A stretch of 48,731 nt of DNA, taken from IMG/VR virus record IMGVR_UViG_3300020446_000016, positions 1-48,731 of that record, one strand, 5' to 3'. The position numbers were made by a program, and so were the translations under genes. Each line of letters starts with the position of its first letter. Position 1 is the stretch's first letter. Shown here in pieces: positions 11,501 through 19,923 of this stretch. This stretch comes from a virus (Duplodnaviria > Caudoviricetes). Below the pieces are notes generated by a model, which made no database searches, was not told the origin of the DNA, and saw nothing but the letters and a program-made list of their open reading frames with translations.

Positions 11501-14500
11501 TGTGAAGGCTTGTTCCAAGACATGATTGATTACATTGATTACCATGTACATGGCACTGGTTCAGATGTAACAGTTACAGGACAAAAAGGCCGTAGACAAG
11601 ATGCTGGTCATACAGATGCAAGAACAAGAATTTTAAACAACATTGACTTTATTGTTGATGAAGCAGTTGAGTGGATTAAAGTAAATTACACTAGTTTATA
11701 CGGTATTGCTGATGATGTTAAATGTAAAAGAGACATGAAGCAGTACGTAATGGGCGTAGTTTGGGACTTAGAAGAATACGGTAACTACAAATCAGTATTA
11801 TATGCACGTTGGTTTGCAAACTCTGTAAACGGATCTTCACTAGAAGATATGTTCTATTTAGAAAATGGTACTGGTTTAAGAAACTGTACAGTAAAAGGTT
11901 TAACAGGTGTATTAGGTGCGGCAAACAGTTATGGAACTAAACGTCCAACAGCAGGTGCATTTTGTTCACTTAACCCAAGTTGGGGACCAGACGATGAAGA
12001 TGCATGGATTATTACACGTTCACCATACGTACAAAACGTTACAACTTTTGGAACAAAATGTGTTGGATTAAAAATTGACGGTGATTTACACAACGGCGGT
12101 AATGATTCAATTGTTGCTAACGACTTTACACAAATCTTAGATGAAGGTATTGGTGCCTGGGTTACAAACTTAGGTAGAGCAGAACTTGTTTCCGTGTTCT
12201 CATACTACGGACACATTGGATACCTTGCAGAAAACGGTGGAAAAATTAGAGCAACAAACGGTAACAGTTCATATGGTGACTTTGGTACTGTTGCAGAAGG
12301 TGTTGACTTAACAGAAATTCCTATTACAGCATTTGTAGATAACAGAAACTTTGATGCTGTTGTAACAAATACAATTACAAACAATAACGAAATTATTGCA
12401 ATTGAATATGCAAACGCAGGTAGAGATTATGTAGTTAATAACACAACAATTAGTTTAAGTGGTGACGGTTACGGCGTAACTGGATTAACTCCAGTAATTA
12501 GTACTGGCGGTGTAATGGAAATTAGACTTACTGGTGACTCAACTACATTTGGTGGTGCTGATTATCTTTCAGCAACAAACACTCCACAGTCAGGTGATAC
12601 AACTACTATTACTTTATCCAACACTGATACAGCCTTAAGTGCGGCGTATGTTGGAATGGCAGTATTCTTAACAGGCGGTTTAGGTGCAGGACAGTATGGT
12701 TACATTGATACTTATAATGCAGGTACTAAAGTTGCTACTGTTAGAAAATATTCAGATGGACAATCAGGTTGGGATCAAATTATTAGTGGTAGAGCAATTG
12801 AAGCCGCATTAGATAATACAACAGTTTATAGTGTTGAACCAAGAGTAGTAATTAGTGCTCCAGGTAATGACGGATCAACTGCAACTGCTCAAGCACTTGC
12901 AAGAGCAAAAGTAACAGATGGTAAAATCAGTGAAGTAAGAATTATTCATCCAGGTGCTTCTTATACATCGGTTCCAACAGTAACATTTACAGATCCAAAC
13001 AATACACAAGATGCTCCATTAGAAGTATTCATTGGTGATGGTGTTTTAAATCAACCAGCATTTGCTTCAAGAGGAACTGGTTGGACAACTTTATCAGTAA
13101 CAATTGACGATACAGGTAATGAACAAAATATTACTGGTGTGTCATTTACTGAAAATCCATATGCTTACACATTGTTAACAGCAAATAAAGAATTTATTAA
13201 AGATGAAGTAATTGCATGGATCAACAACCAAGTAACAAATAATCCAACTAGTACTTTGTGGAATGCTTTCTCATATGATCAAGATAAATGGGAAGGTGAT
13301 GTTGGCGATTATGTAGATGCTATTGCACACGATATCAAGTTTGGTGGTACTAAAGAAACAATTAAACATTCAAGAGGTTACTGGATAGGAAGTAATTCAA
13401 CATTCCCTAACAGACAATCACAAGCACTTGCGGCATTTGAACAAATGAGAACAATTATTGTTTCTAACATTTTAACAAATACTGCATACACAACTTTACA
13501 AAGTCCAGTTGTTACAACACAAACTACAAATAGTAATAACGGTGAAGCAGGTTCAATTACTAAGACAGGTGAGTTAATTGATATTAGTAATGAAATTTTA
13601 ATTAATGGTGGCGGTGCTATTCCAACTAATGAAGGAACTGGTATTGTTAACATTACTGTAACAGGACATAATTTATTAGCAAGAACAAAAGTTACAATTA
13701 CAGAAGTAACAGGTACAACACAACTTAATGGTAATAGTTACTATGTAGATATAGTTGATGCAAATACTTTAACACTTTACAAAGATAGTAACTTATTGTT
13801 CCCAGCAGTATTAACTAATGGTGCAACTTATGTTGCTTTTGGTAAAATTACATATGGCGCTGGTTACAGAGATGCTAAACAAAATGGACAATATATTCAA
13901 GTAGAAGGTATGGATTTAATACCACAAGCAGGTGCAAACGTTGAATTTGCTGGTATTAATAGATTCTACAAACTTGTTAGTGTTACAAACTTATTAGGTA
14001 GTTCACCATACTCTGCATTATTACAAGTATCTCCAGAAATGGCGATAGATGATGCAGTACCACATGGTACAGAAGTAACTATGAGAATTAGATATTCTCA
14101 ATGTAGATTAACAGGACACGATTTCTTAGATGTAGGTACAGGTGGATTCACTACTACAAACTATCCAGGAACACCAACTATTGCGGCAGATCCAGCAGAT
14201 GAACAAGTTGAAGGCGGCGGAGGTAGAGTATTCTTTACTTCAACTGACCAAGATGGTAACTTTAGAGTTGGTGATCTGTTTACAGTTGAACAGGCAACTG
14301 GTGTTGCTACCCTAAATGCTGATGCATTTAGTATTAGTGGTCTACAAGAACTACAACTAGGAAGTGTTGCATTAGGTGGCGCAGGTGCTACAATTAACGA
14401 ATTTAGTACAGACGGCACATTTACTGCAAATAGTGATTCTATTGTTCCTACACAAAAAGCAATTAAGACATATATTACGTCCCAAATTGGTGGCGGTGCA

Positions 14501-14662
14501 TCAGAATTGAACGTAAATAGTGTAACAGCAGGTGTAATTCACATTTCAGGTAATACAATTACTACAACATCTGGAGTGCCGATAAATACAACTGCATCAA
14601 TGCATTTTACAGGTGGCGTAAGTGGTTCACCGGTAGCGATGCAACAATTTATATTGAGTTAA
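8567..14662 (+). CDS. Large modular tail/baseplate fibre protein, paralog of 3221..8539
   Basis: 2031 aa. Same start (MAEFxLxRIRxxWK), 8 CBM-like repeats, beta-helix core (VGDELRS, NGTGLRNCT, SIVANDFTQ) and C-terminal HDFLDxGTG...STDQDGNFRVG. Carries three extra helical modules and two inserted beta modules. Confidence 0.75.
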   Translation: MAEFKLGRIRFVWKGAWATGTVYFKDDIVRHGGRTYFCANGHTSSALFTTDESTKWNLFSDGVQWQGDWTSNTYYKQNDIVKYGGYIYVANTAHTSEVDGAEAGKLETDQAKWDLFAEGFDWKNNWSINTVYKVNDIVKYGGNIYLCNTAHTSSLTTASDVDGLEEDLSKWDIFAKGMDWKTDWAGSTRYKTGDLVKYGGQLYIANQGHISGTVAEGLEGDQSKWDYVHKGIEYKSVHATTTRYKVNDVVKYGGGLWICTYEHTSGATNLATDETGTGHISTVDTISAADATRTAGTYKDVAGTSGGSGTGQRFNITIDGTGAATVSVVKGGEGHAENDVITVSPADIGNTGAQLTFEVNATVNVTKWQQFLPGLEFEDSWSSSTSYQIGDFVTYGGYSYVANSNNTNVIPFGNTNTWDLFTTGFSLKGDYDNATAYKVGDVVRVGGWTYLCIANSTGNTPPNATYWDKLNEGINWRDTWTNGTAYQLGDAVRGINNTNSYICVTAHTADQVGAQNRPDQDTDGSEWKLLSGGVESGNLTTLGDIVYYGGSGPVRLPIGKAGQVLRVNSTGTAPEWSYFGQLDQVYYVGPQGADNEAPANGVTVDKPWASTRWAANEIKKGPRNPDATNLLLRNRAFIQEQIVEWTDYQIANNISPFTSSFTYNKSKCRRDMGLLIDAIVWDLKHGGNVRTREAASKYISGATNYVAGQENETKASIDYGVSIMDEVIANLNPAQNYATLNSVASPAQQVTDATKTAEDGVYATITSLASIVTTTVTDGNLTNLPSKVKPNVTIFVKTGTYYETLPIIVPSDTAVVGDELRSTEINCAVPGSGTNSSMNDSTLTKNALGRIKAIISDLVRNNAITKTPAGGHLTMGNFGAADASRTAGTYSGVTGASAGSGTVGTFNITVDGSGAVTTVQVVTAGSGHSVSDTITIQDSVLGGGGAANFTMDVATIAAGNTITQNVNNPAADVAAGTTCEGLFQDMIDYIDYHVHGTGSDVTVTGQKGRRQDAGHTDARTRILNNIDFIVDEAVEWIKVNYTSLYGIADDVKCKRDMKQYVMGVVWDLEEYGNYKSVLYARWFANSVNGSSLEDMFYLENGTGLRNCTVKGLTGVLGAANSYGTKRPTAGAFCSLNPSWGPDDEDAWIITRSPYVQNVTTFGTKCVGLKIDGDLHNGGNDSIVANDFTQILDEGIGAWVTNLGRAELVSVFSYYGHIGYLAENGGKIRATNGNSSYGDFGTVAEGVDLTEIPITAFVDNRNFDAVVTNTITNNNEIIAIEYANAGRDYVVNNTTISLSGDGYGVTGLTPVISTGGVMEIRLTGDSTTFGGADYLSATNTPQSGDTTTITLSNTDTALSAAYVGMAVFLTGGLGAGQYGYIDTYNAGTKVATVRKYSDGQSGWDQIISGRAIEAALDNTTVYSVEPRVVISAPGNDGSTATAQALARAKVTDGKISEVRIIHPGASYTSVPTVTFTDPNNTQDAPLEVFIGDGVLNQPAFASRGTGWTTLSVTIDDTGNEQNITGVSFTENPYAYTLLTANKEFIKDEVIAWINNQVTNNPTSTLWNAFSYDQDKWEGDVGDYVDAIAHDIKFGGTKETIKHSRGYWIGSNSTFPNRQSQALAAFEQMRTIIVSNILTNTAYTTLQSPVVTTQTTNSNNGEAGSITKTGELIDISNEILINGGGAIPTNEGTGIVNITVTGHNLLARTKVTITEVTGTTQLNGNSYYVDIVDANTLTLYKDSNLLFPAVLTNGATYVAFGKITYGAGYRDAKQNGQYIQVEGMDLIPQAGANVEFAGINRFYKLVSVTNLLGSSPYSALLQVSPEMAIDDAVPHGTEVTMRIRYSQCRLTGHDFLDVGTGGFTTTNYPGTPTIAADPADEQVEGGGGRVFFTSTDQDGNFRVGDLFTVEQATGVATLNADAFSISGLQELQLGSVALGGAGATINEFSTDGTFTANSDSIVPTQKAIKTYITSQIGGGASELNVNSVTAGVIHISGNTITTTSGVPINTTASMHFTGGVSGSPVAMQQFILS
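8600..10160 (+). repeat. Eight tandem CBM-like repeats, the fifth interrupted by an inserted domain
   Basis: WTSNTYYKQNDIVKYGG, WSINTVYKVNDIVKYGG, WAGSTRYKTGDLVKYGG and others. Confidence 0.75.
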
Positions 14663-14675
14663 AAGGAGAAGAAAT

Positions 14676-14996
14676 ATGGCAACAGGAAGATTAGGACACG
14701 CAGATCTTACAGGAGGCGCTAATACTTCTTTATATACAGTTCCTGCTAACAACTTCGCTATTGTTACGTTATCTGTATGTAATAGAGGAAATGCGGCGGT
14801 TTCGATAAGAGTTAGTGTGTCATCTGCCGGAACTCCAGCGGACAGTGAGTACATTGAATATGATGTAGAACTGTTACCTAAAGGGGTTTTAGAAAGATCA
14901 GGTATTGCTATGGCGGCTGGACAAATTATGGTCGTTTACAGTAGTGCCCCGAATGTTAGTGCTGTGGCATTTGGAATTGAGACATCAACAGCATAA
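14676..14996 (+). CDS. Small beta-sandwich virion/fibre-associated protein
   Basis: 106 aa, LYTVPA...CNR...YIEYD; AAGGAG RBS. Confidence 0.65.
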   Translation: MATGRLGHADLTGGANTSLYTVPANNFAIVTLSVCNRGNAAVSIRVSVSSAGTPADSEYIEYDVELLPKGVLERSGIAMAAGQIMVVYSSAPNVSAVAFGIETSTA

Positions 14997-14997
14997 T

Positions 14998-15005
14998 GAT
15001 AAATA
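14998..15005 (+). promoter_or_regulatory. T4-like late promoter box (GATAAATA)
   Basis: Intergenic, upstream of the AAGGA RBS of 15028. Confidence 0.7.
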
Positions 15006-15027
15006 TATAGTATAAAAGGAAAAAGCA

Positions 15028-15360
15028 ATGGGAAGATATATATCAACTACTGGTACAGCGGCAAGTGTTATTCGTAATGTTAACACTACATTCACCGCGA
15101 CAGTTAATGATCGAATAATTGCTGATTCTTCGGGCGGCGCATTTACAATTACTTTACCTGCTAATGCAAGTTTGTTAGTAAATGATGTTTTATCTATTAT
15201 TGATGCAACAGGATCATTTAATACAAACAATGTTACCTTAGCACGTAATGGTTCAAAGATTCAAAACCTGAACGAAGATTTAGTTTTAGACATTAACAAC
15301 GTAGCGATTACACTGATTTACACAGGTCCAACTTATGGTTGGGTAATGTCAGGTACGTAA
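15028..15360 (+). CDS. Stand-alone tail-fibre proximal-type domain protein
   Basis: 110 aa; DSSGGAFTITLP...IIDATGSF.TNNVT.ARNG.KI resembles the repeat near the N-terminus of T4-like long tail fibre proximal subunits. Confidence 0.55.
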   Translation: MGRYISTTGTAASVIRNVNTTFTATVNDRIIADSSGGAFTITLPANASLLVNDVLSIIDATGSFNTNNVTLARNGSKIQNLNEDLVLDINNVAITLIYTGPTYGWVMSGT

Positions 15361-15381
15361 GAAACAGGGAGACAAATTGTT

Positions 15382-16122
15382 ATGGCAAACCTGAGAAACT
15401 TATTAGGAGATACCGTAGAAGGCTCTTCTGTACCAACAAGATACCAATTTATTTACAATAATAATAGAGGTATCAATAATGGAGGATGTTGCTGTTTATG
15501 GACTGTGCCCGACGGAGTCGTAAACGTAACATTTGAATTATGGGGTGCAGGCGCGGCTGGTGCCGGTGCTTGTTGTTGTATGTGGTCATCACAAAACGCA
15601 GGTGGTGGATCATATTCAATAAGAACTGTTAATACAGTTGCAGGATGTCAATATACAGTTTGTGCGGCAGGAAATGGAAACTGTTGCGAAAGAGATTGTT
15701 TAGGTTACGATGGGTCAACTTCATTCGTATCCGGTTCAGGTATACCAACAACGTGTGCTAGAGGAGGATGTACAGGTAGAACAAACTGTCATGCTCACTA
15801 TGCCTACAACTGTTGTTATGGTTGTGTCGTCTTATCAGGCGGTACACAGGGTGACTTTAGAATAGGTCACGGCAGACAATCAACCTTCCATACACATTAT
15901 TGCCATAACCAAATGTGGGATATGGTTGGAGGGGCTCCTAAAGCAGGAAGATCTAGAAAAGGTAAGGATTACTGTGGTAAACCGATGACTTGTTCTGGAT
16001 GTGGTTGGGGTTGTGCTCAACCTTATCCTGGAGATGGAGCATATAATGGTACTTCATGTGGAGGTCCATGTTGTTGGGGCCACTGGGGTTCAGGGGGTAT
16101 GGTAAAAATATCATACAGTTAA
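15382..16122 (+). CDS. Gly/Cys-rich adhesin-like protein 1
   Basis: 246 aa, 25 Cys by my count. GGCCCLWTVPDGV..VTFELWGAG..G...CCC...GGGSY; ends GSGGMVKISY (glycine-rich tail-tip pattern). Confidence 0.65.
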   Translation: MANLRNLLGDTVEGSSVPTRYQFIYNNNRGINNGGCCCLWTVPDGVVNVTFELWGAGAAGAGACCCMWSSQNAGGGSYSIRTVNTVAGCQYTVCAAGNGNCCERDCLGYDGSTSFVSGSGIPTTCARGGCTGRTNCHAHYAYNCCYGCVVLSGGTQGDFRIGHGRQSTFHTHYCHNQMWDMVGGAPKAGRSRKGKDYCGKPMTCSGCGWGCAQPYPGDGAYNGTSCGGPCCWGHWGSGGMVKISYS

Positions 16123-16129
16123 TAATATG

Positions 16130-16137
16130 TATAAATA
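16130..16137 (+). promoter_or_regulatory. T4 late promoter consensus (TATAAATA)
   Basis: Exact consensus, intergenic, upstream of an AAGGA RBS. Confidence 0.75.
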
Positions 16138-16155
16138 TAATAGAAGGAACATAAA

Positions 16156-16848
16156 ATGGCAGAAATAACAAAGCAATTTACATATGATATCCCCAATGAC
16201 TACCTAAGTCAATCTAACTCAGACGGGGATACAGCAACAGCAACTTATACAGGTCCAGATAAACTGTACGTATTTGTTGAGGCTGATACAGGCAGAAATA
16301 CGTTAGCACAAACACCACCAGATGAAGACTTTATCTATAATCCAACTACAGATACAGTACCAGAAGGTGAAAGATTAGTAGAATTAGATTGTGCTGGCGA
16401 AGATACTTTAATGTGTGCAATCTACTTGCCACATACAGTAAGTATAACACAAACAAATCAAACAGTTGCACTTCCAACAGGTTATGGAAACTACGAATAT
16501 CCGTGGCCACCATATCCAGATCACGCATATGAATATAACTTATGTTCACATGATGAAGCATCTGGTAATTGGACATTAACTTGGAAGCAACCTTGGCAGT
16601 CATGGGATACTTTGATTGCTTTGAGAAATGACAGATTAGATTCAACGGATCACAGAGTAGCAGAAGATATGCCAGACTCAGTTAAAAATCCTTGGATTGA
16701 ATTTAGACAAAAATTAAGAGACCTACCGGTTACATGGAAAAAAGGTGAAGCGGATGAATATCCAGCACACATGGTTAAGTTTCCAGAAGAACCAGATGCA
16801 GGCGGTTATGCAGAACCACCAGCAGACGATGGCGTAGGTATTGGTTAA
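16156..16848 (+). CDS. Tail fibre assembly chaperone-like protein
   Basis: C-terminal W..LIALRNDRLDSTD....DMP..VKNPWIEFRQKLRDLP...FP is the typical phage tail assembly chaperone signature. Confidence 0.7.
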   Translation: MAEITKQFTYDIPNDYLSQSNSDGDTATATYTGPDKLYVFVEADTGRNTLAQTPPDEDFIYNPTTDTVPEGERLVELDCAGEDTLMCAIYLPHTVSITQTNQTVALPTGYGNYEYPWPPYPDHAYEYNLCSHDEASGNWTLTWKQPWQSWDTLIALRNDRLDSTDHRVAEDMPDSVKNPWIEFRQKLRDLPVTWKKGEADEYPAHMVKFPEEPDAGGYAEPPADDGVGIG

Positions 16849-16864
16849 TAGATAGGAGTTAAGT

Positions 16865-17635
16865 ATGTCTGCACTTAGATCACTTTTACAACTCGGCCAA
16901 GATTCAGGGGCAATGTCTTTACGATCAATCTATGTGTATCACACTAGTTTTGATAGTACAAGAAATAACAATGGCGGATGTTGTTGCTTATGGCAACCAT
17001 CAGATGATGTAACTTGGGCGGCGTTTGAAGTATGGGGTGCAGGAGGAGACGGCGGCGGAGGCTGTTGCTGTATGGCAGGCTTTCCAGGCGGATCAGGCTC
17101 TTATGGTAGAAAAATTCTAGAACTCAGCAACACAGCAGACTTCACTTTATGTGCAGGTGCGGCAGGTTGTTGTAGACCAGTTATGGGTTGTCCAGGATGT
17201 GGTAGTTATGCGTGTTCAGGAAACGGATGCTGTGGCGGAGGTTACTTCTGCTTATGTGCATCAGGTGGTGGATACGGTTGTGCCGCTTGTGGATTTGGTA
17301 CTGCGTGGGGCGGTCACTGTGGATGTCCAAACAGAATGTGCGGATGTGTAAAAGGTGCTGACTTTAGTATATGTGGTACAAACGGAGGTGGTGCTGGAAC
17401 ATCAATGTGTTCAAGTTCATCTTGGGAAAACATGACAGGCGGACCAATGATGTCACATGGTGCTAGAATGACTAGAGATAATTGTTATAAAACACACGGT
17501 AGAGAAGCAGACGGACCAGCAGAATTTCCAGGCGGTGGTGGAGGAACACTTCATACACACAACGGAACTTGTTACTGCGGTGGCCCAGGTGCAGGTGGAC
17601 TTGTAATTGTTTACTACCAGAGCGATATAGGGTAA
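16865..17635 (+). CDS. Gly/Cys-rich adhesin-like protein 2
   Basis: 256 aa, 27 Cys. NNNGGCCCLW...FEVWGAGGDGGGGCCC...FPGGGGG...GAGGLVIVYY. Confidence 0.65.
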   Translation: MSALRSLLQLGQDSGAMSLRSIYVYHTSFDSTRNNNGGCCCLWQPSDDVTWAAFEVWGAGGDGGGGCCCMAGFPGGSGSYGRKILELSNTADFTLCAGAAGCCRPVMGCPGCGSYACSGNGCCGGGYFCLCASGGGYGCAACGFGTAWGGHCGCPNRMCGCVKGADFSICGTNGGGAGTSMCSSSSWENMTGGPMMSHGARMTRDNCYKTHGREADGPAEFPGGGGGTLHTHNGTCYCGGPGAGGLVIVYYQSDIG

Positions 17636-17644
17636 GGAGTAGAG

Positions 17645-18451
17645 ATGGCAAATTTAAGAAATTTTTTACCAGGCTACGATGTAGGAGTTAAGGCTCCACA
17701 AGCATTTACCGTAAGTTATGCATGGAACAGAGATCACAACGAGGCTTGGCCTGCTCAACCATACGGAGTTCCACCAACATCAAGATTTTATTGTAACAAC
17801 AATGGTGGTAAGTGTTGTAACTGGACAGTACCTCAAGGTACAACTTTTGCAGTTTTTGAATTATGGGGCGGTGGTGCTTCAGGAGTAGGCGGATGTTGCT
17901 GTATGCAAGGTATGCCAGGTGACGGTGGTAGTTATGCTATTAAATCTACTAACGTTGCAGGTGGAGATACTTTTACAATTTGTGCAGGACGTTCAGGATG
18001 TTGTTTATATGCAGGTAATAACTATAACGGACACCCATCATTTGTAATGGGAACACCAACAGGCGGATCATGTTTCTGTGCTGTTGCTTGTGGAGGCGGT
18101 TGTTCTAACTGTACTCACTGTCACGGTTACTTTAGTTGTTATGGTTGTTGTATGACTTGTTACAGATGTGGTAACCAACCAAATAACGTTGACTTTGGTA
18201 TTTCAGGTTATTCAGGATCTGCACAGAGATCACAGCATTGTGGTGATAGAGGTTTATCATTTAGACCAACAGCACCAATGGCACAATCAGGTCCACTAAT
18301 TGGTCCAAACGGTTGTTGTGCTAGAGGTGGAGAATGTCAAGGATTTGGTGCATGGCCAGGAGGCGGTGGAGAGAACGGACAAAACTTCGGTGGAGGTTGT
18401 TGTTGTGGTTCACCAGGAGCCGAGGGTGCGGTGTACGTAGTTTATTATTAA
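17645..18451 (+). CDS. Gly/Cys-rich adhesin-like protein 3
   Basis: 268 aa, 27 Cys. NNNGGKCCNWTVP...FELWGGG...GGCCC...WPGGGG...GAEGAVYVVYY. Confidence 0.65.
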   Translation: MANLRNFLPGYDVGVKAPQAFTVSYAWNRDHNEAWPAQPYGVPPTSRFYCNNNGGKCCNWTVPQGTTFAVFELWGGGASGVGGCCCMQGMPGDGGSYAIKSTNVAGGDTFTICAGRSGCCLYAGNNYNGHPSFVMGTPTGGSCFCAVACGGGCSNCTHCHGYFSCYGCCMTCYRCGNQPNNVDFGISGYSGSAQRSQHCGDRGLSFRPTAPMAQSGPLIGPNGCCARGGECQGFGAWPGGGGENGQNFGGGCCCGSPGAEGAVYVVYY

Positions 18452-18466
18452 TATAGGAAGAGAAAT

Positions 18467-19864
18467 ATGAGAGACCCTAATGCAGTTGATAAAAGAAACG
18501 AAATAAGCGTTGACTTCTCGTACGAAATGCCTGATGCTTACCTTTATCAAACTACTAAAGAAGGTAAAGTAAACACTTGGACATATGAAGGTCCTAAAGA
18601 AATGTGGGTCTTTTTACGTAAGGAAGACAACAAACGTACTGGTGAAGTAAAATATTCATATCAAATTGAAGATGATTATGTACCAGGAGCAAACGAATAC
18701 ATGGTTAAAATCAACTGTGAAGATAATCCTTTACTATGTGAATTAATGGAAACAGACCAAGATACTTTATTCTTAGAAGGTCGTGCTATTAAATCAGAAA
18801 CTCTTCCAATGAATAATTACAAAGGTGAGGCTTTTGTACACTATGAGCCAGAAGTTCCTACACCAGATCATACATATGACAGAGATGAAATTACTTATGA
18901 TCCAGTAAAACAACAGTGGAACACACCTTTTCCATTTATTAAACCACACACTGACTGGGAAGCAATTAAAAGAGTACGTTGGTCAGCACTATCGGCGGCA
19001 GACGGACACGTTTCTTCAGATATGCCAGATGCAGTTAAACAAGAGTGGTTAGACTACAGAACAAATTTAAGAAATTTACCACAAATATATGGTGCGGCAT
19101 GGTCAGTAGCAATTACAGATGGCGGTTCAGGATATGCAGTTGGAGATGTTATTACAGTTCCAGCATCAGAACTTGGATTTGCAGTTAGTGATATTGGCGC
19201 ATTAGATGATTTATGTGCACCGATGGGTGCAAGACCGGGTTTTGATTTTGAAGACGATCCTAGTTCACCTACATCAGTAGTAAGTGAAACTGCTACATTA
19301 GATGTTAAAATTATTGTAACAGCAGTAGACAGCGGAGCAATTACTGGTGTAAGAACACGTAATGCCTTTAATGCAAGACACATTAAAGAAGCAAAAACAG
19401 TTACAAATCCAACAACTACAACTAACAGTGAGTCAGGCACAGGTGCAACATTTACATTATCAAAAGTTGTACGTATTGATCCTTGGAAAGTTAGAATGCC
19501 ACAATCACCAAAAGCAAAATACAAAGGTGTTTGGGGCGAAGATGACCAATTCCCTGGACCACATGGTAGATATGGTAGTGTAACTGGTTCTTTAGCAGAC
19601 GGCACAGGTACAGATGCGGCACAAAGAGACAATCCAGCAGATGGTTGGTTAATGGAACACACATATCACCCATCAACTTTGCACTTTATTCCACCAGAAT
19701 TAGGCGGAAATTACTTTGCAAGTGACCTTGCTAGATTAAATTTAAGCACAGATGGTACGTCATTTGATGATGGTGTAGCAGACGGTTTACCTGCGGCTCC
19801 TACAGATGCTAAAGGTAATACTCGTGTTGCTGGTACAATTACAGCCAGAAAGCAAACTTCCTAA
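18467..19864 (+). CDS. Tail fibre assembly chaperone-like protein with inserted beta domain and C-terminal extension
   Basis: Paralog of 16156..16848 (FSYEMPDAYL, YEGP, PDHTY, DMPDAVKQEWLDYRTNLRNLP), plus a GGSGYAVGDVITV module. Confidence 0.65.
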   Translation: MRDPNAVDKRNEISVDFSYEMPDAYLYQTTKEGKVNTWTYEGPKEMWVFLRKEDNKRTGEVKYSYQIEDDYVPGANEYMVKINCEDNPLLCELMETDQDTLFLEGRAIKSETLPMNNYKGEAFVHYEPEVPTPDHTYDRDEITYDPVKQQWNTPFPFIKPHTDWEAIKRVRWSALSAADGHVSSDMPDAVKQEWLDYRTNLRNLPQIYGAAWSVAITDGGSGYAVGDVITVPASELGFAVSDIGALDDLCAPMGARPGFDFEDDPSSPTSVVSETATLDVKIIVTAVDSGAITGVRTRNAFNARHIKEAKTVTNPTTTTNSESGTGATFTLSKVVRIDPWKVRMPQSPKAKYKGVWGEDDQFPGPHGRYGSVTGSLADGTGTDAAQRDNPADGWLMEHTYHPSTLHFIPPELGGNYFASDLARLNLSTDGTSFDDGVADGLPAAPTDAKGNTRVAGTITARKQTS

Positions 19865-19874
19865 TATAAACATT

Positions 19875-19882
19875 ATTAAATA
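19875..19882 (+). promoter_or_regulatory. Possible late promoter variant (ATTAAATA)
   Basis: TAAATA core in the intergenic gap before the modification cassette; AT-rich context makes a chance match possible. Confidence 0.35.
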
Positions 19883-19923
19883 TCTTTATAGTTAAGCACA
19901 GTCTTAAAAAGAAGGATATATTA

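Noticed and set aside
18108-18125. CxxCH (CTHCH) as a c-type heme attachment site
   Set aside because: No signal peptide for periplasmic maturation, not conserved in the two paralogs, and expected by chance in such Cys-rich sequence.
15382-18451. Diversity-generating retroelement or invertible cassette acting on the adhesin paralogs
   Set aside because: No reverse transcriptase or recombinase in the window, and I saw no near-identical TR/VR pair or flanking inverted repeats; the paralogs are diverged throughout.
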